From the IMG/VR virus record IMGVR_UViG_3300032087_002755: 64,000 bases of DNA; one strand, written 5' to 3'. This document shows, piece by piece, positions 1 to 9,121 of the stretch (its first letter is position 1; each line of letters starts with the position of its first letter). This DNA is from a virus. The notes beneath the pieces were generated by a model. That model was not told the DNA's origin. It was given only the letters and a program-made list of their open reading frames with translations, and ran no database searches. Made by a program: the position numbers and the translations under genes.

Positions 1-2
1 GT

Positions 3-407
3 CTGTTCTCACTTTCTACTGATATCAGTGGTGGTGACATGAGATTGTTAATTACTCCAGCAAATACTAATACAAGTGTATCCAGTTCATATATTAAACT
101 TCCAGCTGCTGGAAATTCTACAACATTCTCTGCTACTACAGCAGACCAAGTGTTGTCTAGTGTTTCAACAGGAATTAAGGGAGTTAAATTTGAATTAGTC
201 GCAACTCATGCGAGTGCGGGTTCACATTTTGCAGAGGTGACATTAACTAACGATGGTTCAGACGCATACTTCGTCCAATTTGGAGACGTATACACAAATG
301 CATCATTGTTTACATTAAGTGCAGACGTATCAGGAAGCTCACAGAGACTTCTGATTACACCTGCGAATACTAACACAACTGTTTCAGTTAAGAAAACAAC
401 ATTGTAA
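3..407 (+). CDS. Virion structural / tail-associated protein, 5' truncated by the window edge
   Basis: The frame is open from position 3 (LFSLSTDISGGDMRLLITPA...). The repeated 'ADxSGxxxRLLITPA' unit is shared with the next gene. Confidence 0.6.
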   Translation: MFSLSTDISGGDMRLLITPANTNTSVSSSYIKLPAAGNSTTFSATTADQVLSSVSTGIKGVKFELVATHASAGSHFAEVTLTNDGSDAYFVQFGDVYTNASLFTLSADVSGSSQRLLITPANTNTTVSVKKTTL

Positions 408-419
408 GGAGAATAGAAA

Positions 420-830
420 ATGGCTAAAACAAATGCTTTTAAAATTGCTGAGTTAATCCGTGCTATCACTTTTGATGTTGCGAATGATGAAATAGTCACA
501 ACTAAAGCCATACAGTCTAAGAATAAACAGACTGGTGGAACAACATATACTGCAACAACAGAAGTTGCACTCGATACATTTGCTCACGCATCGTATAGAG
601 CTGCAAGATACGTTATTGCAATGGACGAGGGAACAAACTTCCACTCAACCGAAATTATGTTAGTTCACGATGGTTCTACAGTAACTATGACTTCATATGG
701 AACGTTGAAAGACACCAATCTTGCAACTTTTGATGCAGATATTAGTGGTGATAATGTAAGGTTGTTAATAACACCTGCGAGTGCAAATAGCACAATCGTT
801 AAATTTGATAGAACAGTGGTAGACGCTTAA
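420..830 (+). CDS. Virion structural protein, paralogous to the upstream gene's C-terminal domain
   Basis: AAGGAG RBS. Contains the 'FDADISGDNVRLLITPA' motif typical of T4-like marine phage structural proteins. Confidence 0.6.
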   Translation: MAKTNAFKIAELIRAITFDVANDEIVTTKAIQSKNKQTGGTTYTATTEVALDTFAHASYRAARYVIAMDEGTNFHSTEIMLVHDGSTVTMTSYGTLKDTNLATFDADISGDNVRLLITPASANSTIVKFDRTVVDA

Positions 831-853
831 ATCTAATAAAAGAAAATCTTTTT

Positions 854-880
854 AGGGGAACTTCGGTTCCCCTTTTTTTT
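854..880 (+). terminator. Rho-independent terminator
   Basis: AGGGGAAC-TTCG-GTTCCCCT hairpin followed by a T-run. Confidence 0.9.
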
Positions 881-930
881 GGCTTGAAAAAAACCATAAA
901 TAGATTTAGACAAATATAAATGAGTATTTT

Positions 931-3405
931 ATGGCAACTAATTCGAAATTCAGTGCTGATTTAGGTATACAAACCGATGCAGATTTACAAGTAGACGGAA
1001 ACGTCACTGTATCAGGCAACCTAACAGTCAACGGAACCCAAACAACAGTTAATTCCACTACAACTTCAGTGGAAGATTCAATGTTGGAGCTTGCAAATGC
1101 AAACTTATCTTCAGACACTTTAGATATTGGTATTTACGGAAACTATGATGACGGATTGGGTGACGGAGTATCAGAGTATACTGGTTTCTTTAGAGATGCA
1201 TCAGACTCAACTTGGAAATTATTTGACGGATTAGAAGCAGAACCTACAACTACAGTCAATACTAGTGGGACAGGTTATACACTTGCAGACTTACAGGTGG
1301 GTGACTTAACTGCAACTACTTTGACTGCAACCAACGCCCTTACAGGGTCTTCTATCACCTATCCTACTTCAGACGGAACAAACGGACAAGTTTTAAAAAC
1401 AAATGGAAGTGGTGTTTTATCATTCGGTGATATCCCAGCAGGATATACTGATTCAGACGCTAGAAGTGCAATAAGTGTTAGTGGAAATCTTGCATATGAT
1501 AGTTCAACTGGTGTCATTTCGTATACTGAACCAACCATGTATGCAGACTCGGACGCTAGAAGTGCAATAAGTGTTAGTGGAAATCTTGCATATAATAGTT
1601 CAACGGGTGTTATATCTTACTCAGAACCTACAATGTATGCAGACTCAGACGCTAGAAGTGCAATAAGTGCTGGAACTGGAATATCATATGACAGTTCAAC
1701 TGGAGTAATAACAAATACAGTTTCAAATACTGATACAACATATAGTGCTGGAACTGGATTAACTTTAACAGGAACAACATTCAGTAATAATATAACTCAA
1801 TATACTGATTCAGATGTTGGAACATATCTTTCTTCAAACGGATATGCAACACAATCTACTATAGTTGCAGCGATTACCGATTCAGCACCAGCAACATTAG
1901 ATACTCTAAATGAACTTGCAGCTGCACTAGGTGATGATGCAAACTTTAGTACAACAGTAACAAATAGTATTGCACTTAAAGCTCCATTAGCAAGTCCTGT
2001 ATTTTCGGGTACTGTAGACATGGGTACTTTTGGAAATAGAACAAGAGCTTTTGAAGCATACGGAAGCAATGTTTTATTTGATGGTGGTAGTGATAAAATA
2101 GATTTAATCATTGGTGATGGTTCATCAGCTTATATGTCTATTCAGACAACTGATACTGCTAGTGCCATGAACATTCGTGATTACTCAGGAAATGCAGATT
2201 TGGTTACGATTGAAAGAGCCACAGGCAATGTCGGTGTAGGCACAAATGCTCCTGACGATTTGCTTCATGTTTTTGCAGGAGATTCTACAGCTACACCACA
2301 TAGTATCTCAGCATTCAATATTGAAAGTGCTTCAGATGTTGCAATGAATTTCCTAACTCCAAATACATCTCAAGCACAAATAAGATTTGCAGACCCACAA
2401 GACGATGGAAAGGGCATTATTGGTTATGACCATAGTAGTGATTATATGTTCTTCTCAACCAATGGGCCTGAGAGATTGCGTCTTACAAGTAGTGGTGACA
2501 TGCATCTTGGGGCATCTGATTCGGATGTGTTCTTCTATCTAGGTTCAAATGGTGGATTAACTGGTGGTAATTCATCTCATAATATGAGAGCATCAGGAAA
2601 TCAATTAATGTTCAACGCAGGTGGTGCTTCAAGTTCTTTTGTATATGAAGTAAATGGTTCACAAAAAATGAACCTTGCATCTGATGGTAAACTTAATGTT
2701 ATACCTTCATCAGCAACAGATAATTATGGAATGACAATAATTACAGGAAATAGTGCTGATACTGGAATAAAGATAGGTAGAAGTGGTGCAAATAATGCTA
2801 TGTTTGGTTTAGCAGTTGTTTCAAATGGAACCAATAGTATCGGTAGATTACAGTTTGACGGAGATGGTGATGTAGCTTTTGGTGATGCAGCTAATATAGA
2901 ATTGAGAGATGGTAATCTTGTAAGAATACAGTCTGCATTTTCAAATGATACATATGCAACTAACAGAGCTGTGTATGCAGAAGACCAAGGTGAACTTGGA
3001 TACAATGCATCTGTAAGAGCATCAAAAACAAATATTACAGATGTCGATGATGTTAGTTGGTTATATAATCTAAATGCAAAGACATTCAATAAACGCAAAA
3101 AAATTCAAGGTGAAAAACAATCAGATGGAACATATTCTTACTCCTATAGTGATACTGAACATAGTGGTATAACGGAATATGGTTTTATTGCAGAGGATTT
3201 AGAAGCATTAGCACCTGAACTTTGTTTCTATGGATATACAAGAGATGTTGATGCAGACGGAAACGAGTTAGATACCTTTACAAAAGGTGAATTACAAGGT
3301 ATTCATTACGAATCTATGGTTGCACCTATGTTAAAACTCATACAAAATCAGAAAGACGAAATAGATGCACTAGAAGTCCGTATTGCAACACTAGAATCTG
3401 AATAA
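931..3405 (+). CDS. Tail fibre protein with C-terminal intramolecular chaperone (peptidase S74-like) domain
   Basis: G/S/T-rich fibre repeats, 'APATLDTLNELAAALGDD' motif, 'GNVGVGT' repeats, and a C-terminal 'S.R.SKTNI...YGFIAEDL..L.P...coiled coil' chaperone signature. Confidence 0.85.
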   Translation: MATNSKFSADLGIQTDADLQVDGNVTVSGNLTVNGTQTTVNSTTTSVEDSMLELANANLSSDTLDIGIYGNYDDGLGDGVSEYTGFFRDASDSTWKLFDGLEAEPTTTVNTSGTGYTLADLQVGDLTATTLTATNALTGSSITYPTSDGTNGQVLKTNGSGVLSFGDIPAGYTDSDARSAISVSGNLAYDSSTGVISYTEPTMYADSDARSAISVSGNLAYNSSTGVISYSEPTMYADSDARSAISAGTGISYDSSTGVITNTVSNTDTTYSAGTGLTLTGTTFSNNITQYTDSDVGTYLSSNGYATQSTIVAAITDSAPATLDTLNELAAALGDDANFSTTVTNSIALKAPLASPVFSGTVDMGTFGNRTRAFEAYGSNVLFDGGSDKIDLIIGDGSSAYMSIQTTDTASAMNIRDYSGNADLVTIERATGNVGVGTNAPDDLLHVFAGDSTATPHSISAFNIESASDVAMNFLTPNTSQAQIRFADPQDDGKGIIGYDHSSDYMFFSTNGPERLRLTSSGDMHLGASDSDVFFYLGSNGGLTGGNSSHNMRASGNQLMFNAGGASSSFVYEVNGSQKMNLASDGKLNVIPSSATDNYGMTIITGNSADTGIKIGRSGANNAMFGLAVVSNGTNSIGRLQFDGDGDVAFGDAANIELRDGNLVRIQSAFSNDTYATNRAVYAEDQGELGYNASVRASKTNITDVDDVSWLYNLNAKTFNKRKKIQGEKQSDGTYSYSYSDTEHSGITEYGFIAEDLEALAPELCFYGYTRDVDADGNELDTFTKGELQGIHYESMVAPMLKLIQNQKDEIDALEVRIATLESE
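1450..1710 (+). repeat. 96-nt (32 aa) tandem repeat, about 2.7 copies, in the tail fibre
   Basis: DSDARSAISVSGNLAY.SSTGVISY.EPTMYA units start at 1450, 1546 and 1642. Confidence 0.9.
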
Positions 3406-3461
3406 ATTTTAAATTAATTTCAATAAACCCATCTTTCTTACTCTATTAGGGAGTGAGACTT

Positions 3462-3469
3462 TATAAATA
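3462..3469 (+). promoter_or_regulatory. T4-type late promoter (gp55 -10 box)
   Basis: Exact TATAAATA upstream of a structural gene. Confidence 0.8.
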
Positions 3470-3505
3470 TTCAGGTAAATATCAAAAGTTAGGAGATTCC
3501 ACTCA

Positions 3506-3766
3506 ATGGCAACACAAAATACATTCGTAATTGAGTATGGTTTAACAGTAGGTACTACTGAAATCATATCAAGTGCTGGTAAACTTGCTGCATCAGCATT
3601 ATCTTTATTAGATACAGATAATCTTGCAGAAGGGTCAGTGAATCAATACTTTTCAAACTCTCTCGCAAGGGGTGCTATATCACTTGCGTCAGGTGAAACA
3701 AATTTAAGTTATAATTCATCAAATGGTGAATTATCATTACCACAATTAGATGGAGGAACATTCTAA
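3506..3766 (+). CDS. Small tail-fibre-associated protein
   Basis: AGGAG RBS, 'DTDNLAEGSVNQYF' fibre motif, ends in LDGGTF. Confidence 0.65.
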   Translation: MATQNTFVIEYGLTVGTTEIISSAGKLAASALSLLDTDNLAEGSVNQYFSNSLARGAISLASGETNLSYNSSNGELSLPQLDGGTF

Positions 3767-5367
3767 TGACAGCTAAGAATTTTAATATCAAAAATGGTTT
3801 ATCCATTGGTGGTGTAGAGGTAATCGACTCCAGTGGTAATATTGCCGCAGGTGGAGTAGGTGCAGCGGTTCAAGAAGCAATCGCAGACAAAATCGGTTCG
3901 ATAATTCAAGGGTCAGGTTCAACAACCGTGACTTATGATGACGATGCTGATACAATTACAATCTCATCAACAGGAAAAACTGAAGAAGAAATACAAGATA
4001 TCATTGGTGCTGCTTTAGCAACTAATGGTACACATACTGGTTTATCAGTCGCATATGACGATGCTGGTGATGGTGCAATAGACATAACTGTAAGTCTTTC
4101 TTCATTCGATACAGATGCATTATCAGAAGGAAGTTCAAACCTTTATTATACAGATACAAGAGCAGACGCAAGAATTTCAAATGCAATACTAGATTCAGAT
4201 ACATTTACTGGTGCGTTATCTACTAACGTTCCTTCTGCTGAATCAACAAAAGCATATGTTGATGCACAAACAACAGACGAAACTGCAGAGGGGTCAACAA
4301 ACCTCTATTTTACAGATGCACGTGTGATGACTTCACTAGCAACTGTAGATGCACATATTGTACCAACTACAGACGTAACATACGACTTAGGTTCTTCTTC
4401 AAAACAATGGAGAGATATCTATGTCGGGCCAGGTTCATTATATGTTAATGGACAACAAGTGGTTTCAGACAACTCAGGAACAATTACTGTTTCTGCTGAT
4501 TCAGACCAAAATGTTAGTGTTCAAACAAGTGGTTCGGGTGATATCGAATTAGATGCAACTGGAACAGGTAATGTCCAAATTAAATCACCTATGCAGATAC
4601 AAGCTTCAAATGCTATATCTTCATCAGACGGAAATGCAATTCAATTCTCAAACTCAATTGACGTAGATGCAATCGAGTCAAGAAGTACAGACACTAACTT
4701 AGTGTTGACAGGAAATGGAACAGGTAATGTTACAATTAATGACTCTTTAGCAGTCACAGGTGACCTAACAGTTTCAGGAACTACAACAACTGTAAACTCA
4801 GAAACAATTTCACTTGCAGATAACATTATTGCATTAAACAGTAATTTCACTTCAGGTTCACCAACAGAAGACACTGGTATCAGTGTAACTCGTGGTGGTT
4901 CTGCTGCTAAGACACTTCTTTGGGACGAAACAAATGACAAATGGACAGTAGGTTCAGAAACTTTTGTTGCAGCCACTTTTGAAGGTGCATTAACAGGTAA
5001 TGTTACAGGAACAGTTTCAGGAAATGCTGGTTCAGCAACAATCTTAGAGTCAGCAAGAACAATTAGTTTAGGTGGTGACCTTTCGGGTTCTGCTTCATTC
5101 AATGGTTCTGCAGATATTTCAATCTCAGCAACAATTGCAGACGATTCTCATAATCACGTAATATCAAATGTAGACGGATTACAAACTGCATTAGATACAA
5201 AATATGAGAGTGGAGATAACGTATCATTAGGAACTATAGCTTCAGGTGCAATTACAATCACCAATGCAACGAATGCTGGTGGAACTGCAAGAAATATGTA
5301 CCAATCAACATCAGCTCCTGCTTCAGGTGATGGTGCAGTTGGTGATATGTGGATTCTTTACTCCTAA
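3766..5367 (+). CDS. Tail fibre protein
   Basis: 'TDALSEGSSNLYYTD.R' repeats, 'YDLGSSSKQWRDIY', and a C-terminal 'STSAP..GDG..GDMW' motif common in phage fibres. Confidence 0.8.
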   Translation: MTAKNFNIKNGLSIGGVEVIDSSGNIAAGGVGAAVQEAIADKIGSIIQGSGSTTVTYDDDADTITISSTGKTEEEIQDIIGAALATNGTHTGLSVAYDDAGDGAIDITVSLSSFDTDALSEGSSNLYYTDTRADARISNAILDSDTFTGALSTNVPSAESTKAYVDAQTTDETAEGSTNLYFTDARVMTSLATVDAHIVPTTDVTYDLGSSSKQWRDIYVGPGSLYVNGQQVVSDNSGTITVSADSDQNVSVQTSGSGDIELDATGTGNVQIKSPMQIQASNAISSSDGNAIQFSNSIDVDAIESRSTDTNLVLTGNGTGNVTINDSLAVTGDLTVSGTTTTVNSETISLADNIIALNSNFTSGSPTEDTGISVTRGGSAAKTLLWDETNDKWTVGSETFVAATFEGALTGNVTGTVSGNAGSATILESARTISLGGDLSGSASFNGSADISISATIADDSHNHVISNVDGLQTALDTKYESGDNVSLGTIASGAITITNATNAGGTARNMYQSTSAPASGDGAVGDMWILYS

Positions 5368-5386
5368 TACGGGGTAAAGTGTTGCA

Positions 5387-5394
5387 CATAAATA
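5387..5394 (+). promoter_or_regulatory. Late promoter variant (CATAAATA) for the repeat-protein pair
   Basis: CATAAATA lies upstream of the GGAG RBS and ATG 5421. Confidence 0.65.
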
Positions 5395-5420
5395 ATAGTA
5401 TGTTAACGGAGACAATATAA

Positions 5421-6074
5421 ATGGCTACAGGATTCTTTCAACAACCTAATTCGGGGTCAGCACAAACGGCGGTTAATGCACAAACACCGTTCACTTATAA
5501 TGCTAGATATCCAGCAAGTGCTCAGCAACCGTATACGTTCCAATCACCATTTACATATAGTGCAAGATATCCTGCGAATGCTCAACAACCGTTTACGTTC
5601 CAGTCACCATTTACATATAGGGTGCCTTATATTGCTAATGCAAGACAACCAGTAATTTATAGAAACCCATTTACATATAGGGTTCCATATATTGCAAATG
5701 CTAGACAACCAGTAATCTATCAACATAGGTCTCCTTTCACTTATAGAAATCCTGTATCTGCACAAGAACCTAATATCAGAAATGCACAAACACCTTTCAC
5801 TTACAGAAACCCAGTGAATGGTCAAGAACCTAACATTAGAAACGCACAAACACCTTTCACTTATAGAAACCCAGTGAATGGTCAAGAACCTAATATTAGA
5901 AATGCACAAACACCGTTTACGTATCAGAATAGACAACCATTTACGTATCAGAACAGACAACCGTTCACATATCAGAATAGACAACCTTCTACATATGCGA
6001 CACAAGGTAGAACGCCAGAAGCGAGATGGGACGGAGTAGTAACACAGCAGTGGCCTGCTCAACCAATAACATAG
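5421..6074 (+). CDS. Pro-periodic repeat protein A (putative fibre chain)
   Basis: Prolines recur every 6 or 8 residues (PFTY/PYIANARQ/PNIRNAQT units). The gene lies in the tail-fibre late operon. Confidence 0.75.
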   Translation: MATGFFQQPNSGSAQTAVNAQTPFTYNARYPASAQQPYTFQSPFTYSARYPANAQQPFTFQSPFTYRVPYIANARQPVIYRNPFTYRVPYIANARQPVIYQHRSPFTYRNPVSAQEPNIRNAQTPFTYRNPVNGQEPNIRNAQTPFTYRNPVNGQEPNIRNAQTPFTYQNRQPFTYQNRQPFTYQNRQPSTYATQGRTPEARWDGVVTQQWPAQPIT

Positions 6075-6816
6075 GAATAAGATAATGGCATCAGGAAATC
6101 AAAACGTCAAAACACCTACAGGTTGGAATGCAACACGTGGTGCATGGGTAAAAACACCAGCTGGTTGGAATGCAGTAGACCAAATATATGTAAAAACACC
6201 TTCAGGGTGGAATAATGCATCAGGACAAGAATTAACACAAATTCCATATCCTTACATTGCAAATGCTCAGAATCCTTATATTGCAGATGCACAACAACCG
6301 TATATTGCAAATGCACAACAACCATATATTGCAGATGCAAGACAACCGTCAACCTATCAACATAGGTCACCATTTACTTATCAAAACCCAAGTAATGCTA
6401 GACAACCTTCTACATATAGTCATAGGTCACCATTTACTTATCAAAACCCAAGTAATGCTAGACAACCGTCAACCTATCAACATAGGTCACCGTTCACTTA
6501 CAGAAATCCTGTAAATGCACAAGAACCTAATATAAGAAATAGACAGTCACCGTTCACTTATAGTGCTAGATATCCTGCGAATGCTCAGAGTCCTAGTAAT
6601 AAACAGTCACCATTTACATATAGTGCAAGGTATCCTGCGAATATTAGACAACCTAACAGTGCAAGGAACCCGTTCACATACAGAGTTCCATATATTGCTA
6701 ATGCTAGACAACCTAACAGTGCAAGGAATCCGTTTACATATCGTGTTCCATATATTGCTAATGCTAGACAACCTAACATTGCAAGGTCACCGTCAATCTA
6801 TAACTATAGATTCCCA
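5445..6816 (+). repeat. Degenerate 60-nt and 24-nt coding repeats shared by the two repeat genes
   Basis: 60-nt units at about 5763/5823/5883 and 6337/6397/6457, and 24-nt units at about 5912-5985 and 6250-6345. The cassette TCACCATTTACATATAGTGCAAG occurs in both genes. Confidence 0.9.
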
Positions 6817-6894
6817 ATGGTGTACTTCTATCAAACTGGTGGAGGAAATTTCTTACCACAGGGAGATGGTACGAAGAACGTGGGAGCTCTATAA
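6085..6894 (+). CDS. Pro-periodic repeat protein B with N-terminal triple VKTPxGW motif (putative partner fibre chain)
   Basis: Uses the same repeat vocabulary as protein A, and its proline spacing is the mirror image of A. Confidence 0.75.
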   Translation: MASGNQNVKTPTGWNATRGAWVKTPAGWNAVDQIYVKTPSGWNNASGQELTQIPYPYIANAQNPYIADAQQPYIANAQQPYIADARQPSTYQHRSPFTYQNPSNARQPSTYSHRSPFTYQNPSNARQPSTYQHRSPFTYRNPVNAQEPNIRNRQSPFTYSARYPANAQSPSNKQSPFTYSARYPANIRQPNSARNPFTYRVPYIANARQPNSARNPFTYRVPYIANARQPNIARSPSIYNYRFPMVYFYQTGGGNFLPQGDGTKNVGAL

Positions 6895-6913
6895 TCTCAT
6901 TCACAAATTTAAA

Positions 6914-6936
6914 AGGGACTTTCGAGTCCCTTTTTT
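6914..6936 (+). terminator. Rho-independent terminator
   Basis: AGGGACT-TTCG-AGTCCCT plus T-run, almost identical to the terminator after gp23. Confidence 0.9.
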
Positions 6937-6954
6937 GTATCCTAAATACATTGT

Positions 6955-8529
6955 ATGAAAAACTTGAAATACTATACAGAAGTTTTAGAAGAACTCAAAC
7001 CCGAAGATTGGGACTTTAAAACACTAACTACACAAGAATTATATCAAAAAGAAGATTATCACTTCGGTGCTTTTAATGATATACGAACCATAGACAAAGA
7101 TACTGAAGTATATAAATCCTTTAAATATGTCTTTGAGAACATTATACCACCCACAAAAATCATTAAGTGGGGAGATATTTTAGAATTACGTAAGAATAAA
7201 ACATTCATAGGATTCCAAGGAACTTCATTGGAAGCCATGCATTATCACAAATATTTACCACACGTATATACCGACAAAGAGAGAACTGGTAAACAGATAG
7301 GAAATATGGATTGTAAGACACCTGATGGTGAATATGCAGATATTACGGAATTCACACCTCTATTAACACAAGAACAGAAAGACCAAGACCATATAGGTAT
7401 ATCATTAAACTCTATGTATTATCATAGTGCAAAAGCACATTGGTTGGTTCAAAGTATACAAGAAGAAGGATTACGACACCCTATACAAGGAGTGACATTT
7501 AAAGTTGACGATAGATTTGGTTTTAGAATCCACCCAGGCTCTATTAGGTCTAAAGTGTTTGAAGAATTAGAAGACCCAAATTTCGAAATATTTGCAACAG
7601 ATATACACGATATCTTTGATTCAAAACCTTTGACTTGTGACGAGGTGTTAGAATATTGGTGTAAGAAACTAGAAGAGAGAAAAGATACTATCGGTAATTA
7701 TAACATGTCAGTAACACTATGTAATGGAAACATAGAATACAACCATGCATTAATGGATTTAGACTTTCGAAAAGAAGTTTGGGAACATAGTAAAAAAGCA
7801 ACACTTCAATCCAAAGGTAAACCTCTCAACATTTACATTGGGTATGATAGTAGCCATGGAGACTTACATGAAGTTAGTAAAGATTCAATTCTCAAAACTC
7901 TGAGTAACCAACACCTTGGACACTTAATTAAAGAAACAGAGTGGAAACCTGAGATTAAGTTTCTTGACATTTCCAAACTTCCCGATTATAATAGAGAGTA
8001 TGCAAATCAATCTACTGAATTTACTTATAGTAGATTCTTAATTCCACATTTAGAAAATTATGAAGGTTATAGTATTTTTATGGATAATGATTTCATATGG
8101 AGAAAATCTATACTACCTTTATTCTATTATTTGAACTTAGATGATGCAGTTGCATGTATTCAATACAAACAAATAGAACACGATGAAACCAAGTTTAATG
8201 GTGAGGTTAATATAGACTATCCGAAAAAACTATGGTCAAGTCTTATGGTATTCAATAATGGACATGAAGACTGTAAGAAATTAACACCCGAAGTAGTAAA
8301 CACTTGGACTGGAAAACAATTACACCAGTTTGAATGGACTGATAAGATTAGTAAAATACCCGAAAAGTATGTCTTTACTGAGGGGTATGATGACCCTGAT
8401 GAGAAATGGGATTATCATGGTATCCATTATACAAGGGGAGGCCCATGGGTAAAAGACATGGATTATTCCAACATAAATAACTTAGATGACTGGTTAACTG
8501 CAAAAACCAACTTGCAAAAAAACCAATAA
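6955..8529 (+). CDS. Two-domain protein: N-terminal unknown (ParB/Srx-like?) domain plus C-terminal GT-A glycosyltransferase
   Basis: The C-terminal half has IYIGYD, STEFTYSRFLIP, FMDNDF (DxD), WSSLMVFN, LHQFEW and HYTRGGPW, motifs of a phage/proteobacterial glycosyltransferase family. Confidence 0.75.
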   Translation: MKNLKYYTEVLEELKPEDWDFKTLTTQELYQKEDYHFGAFNDIRTIDKDTEVYKSFKYVFENIIPPTKIIKWGDILELRKNKTFIGFQGTSLEAMHYHKYLPHVYTDKERTGKQIGNMDCKTPDGEYADITEFTPLLTQEQKDQDHIGISLNSMYYHSAKAHWLVQSIQEEGLRHPIQGVTFKVDDRFGFRIHPGSIRSKVFEELEDPNFEIFATDIHDIFDSKPLTCDEVLEYWCKKLEERKDTIGNYNMSVTLCNGNIEYNHALMDLDFRKEVWEHSKKATLQSKGKPLNIYIGYDSSHGDLHEVSKDSILKTLSNQHLGHLIKETEWKPEIKFLDISKLPDYNREYANQSTEFTYSRFLIPHLENYEGYSIFMDNDFIWRKSILPLFYYLNLDDAVACIQYKQIEHDETKFNGEVNIDYPKKLWSSLMVFNNGHEDCKKLTPEVVNTWTGKQLHQFEWTDKISKIPEKYVFTEGYDDPDEKWDYHGIHYTRGGPWVKDMDYSNINNLDDWLTAKTNLQKNQ

Positions 8530-8557
8530 TAGTATATAATGAATAGAGGAACAAAAT

Positions 8558-9118
8558 ATGAATGCATTAATATATAACCAAGATAGTAGACTTACTATAA
8601 GAAAACCTAACGGATTAGAGTGGGATTACGATAATGTTGATAAGCCTGATTTAGGATTTGATTATGAGGTGTTGATATATGAAGACATTGAAGTAAAAAT
8701 ACTTAAATGGGAAGACGGAAAGTGTTTTGACGACCAAGAGAAAGAACCTATATCTGATTCTGAAAAAGATGCAATCGAATTGTATATTGATAATGCAGAA
8801 CCACCTTTAGGTTATAACTTAAATACACAATTTATCAATAGACTTGAAAGTGTAGTAATTGATTATACAAATTCCACTGCACAACAATACGGTATGTATG
8901 ATTTAAATTATGCAAATATTGCTGGAAGAGAGGGGTCTAATCACCCTAGACGTGCAGATGCAAGAAGAACATTAGAATATTTTGATGCAATTTGGTCAGT
9001 GTTTGAAACTGTTGCAAATGAGATTCAGCAAACAAGAGAAGATACTTTAAAACCATTAGACGATTATCTTGCAGCGTTCCCCGACCCAATGGTAACACCC
9101 GATTCAAGAACAGGTTAA
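8558..9118 (+). CDS. Hypothetical protein, possibly a tail-fibre assembly chaperone
   Basis: GAGG RBS, acidic 186 aa protein. Its position is typical of fibre chaperones. Confidence 0.45.
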   Translation: MNALIYNQDSRLTIRKPNGLEWDYDNVDKPDLGFDYEVLIYEDIEVKILKWEDGKCFDDQEKEPISDSEKDAIELYIDNAEPPLGYNLNTQFINRLESVVIDYTNSTAQQYGMYDLNYANIAGREGSNHPRRADARRTLEYFDAIWSVFETVANEIQQTREDTLKPLDDYLAAFPDPMVTPDSRTG

Positions 9119-9121
9119 TGC

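Noticed and set aside
6074-6085. Readthrough or frameshift fusing repeat proteins A and B into one hairpin chain
   Set aside because: The frames differ, there is no slippery site, and B has its own AGGA RBS and ATG.
5480-6790. Repeats as a CRISPR array
   Set aside because: Units are degenerate at third codon positions, are multiples of 3 nt, lie inside open frames, and have no unique spacers or cas genes.
5421-6894. Multi-core RiPP precursor peptides modified by the neighbouring oxygenases
   Set aside because: There is no leader/protease-site pattern, peptidase or exporter. The late tail-fibre context and mirrored register fit a structural role better, though this is not formally excluded.
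5421-6894. Diversity-generating retroelement template/variable repeats
   Set aside because: There is no reverse transcriptase in the window, and differences between repeats are not adenine-specific.
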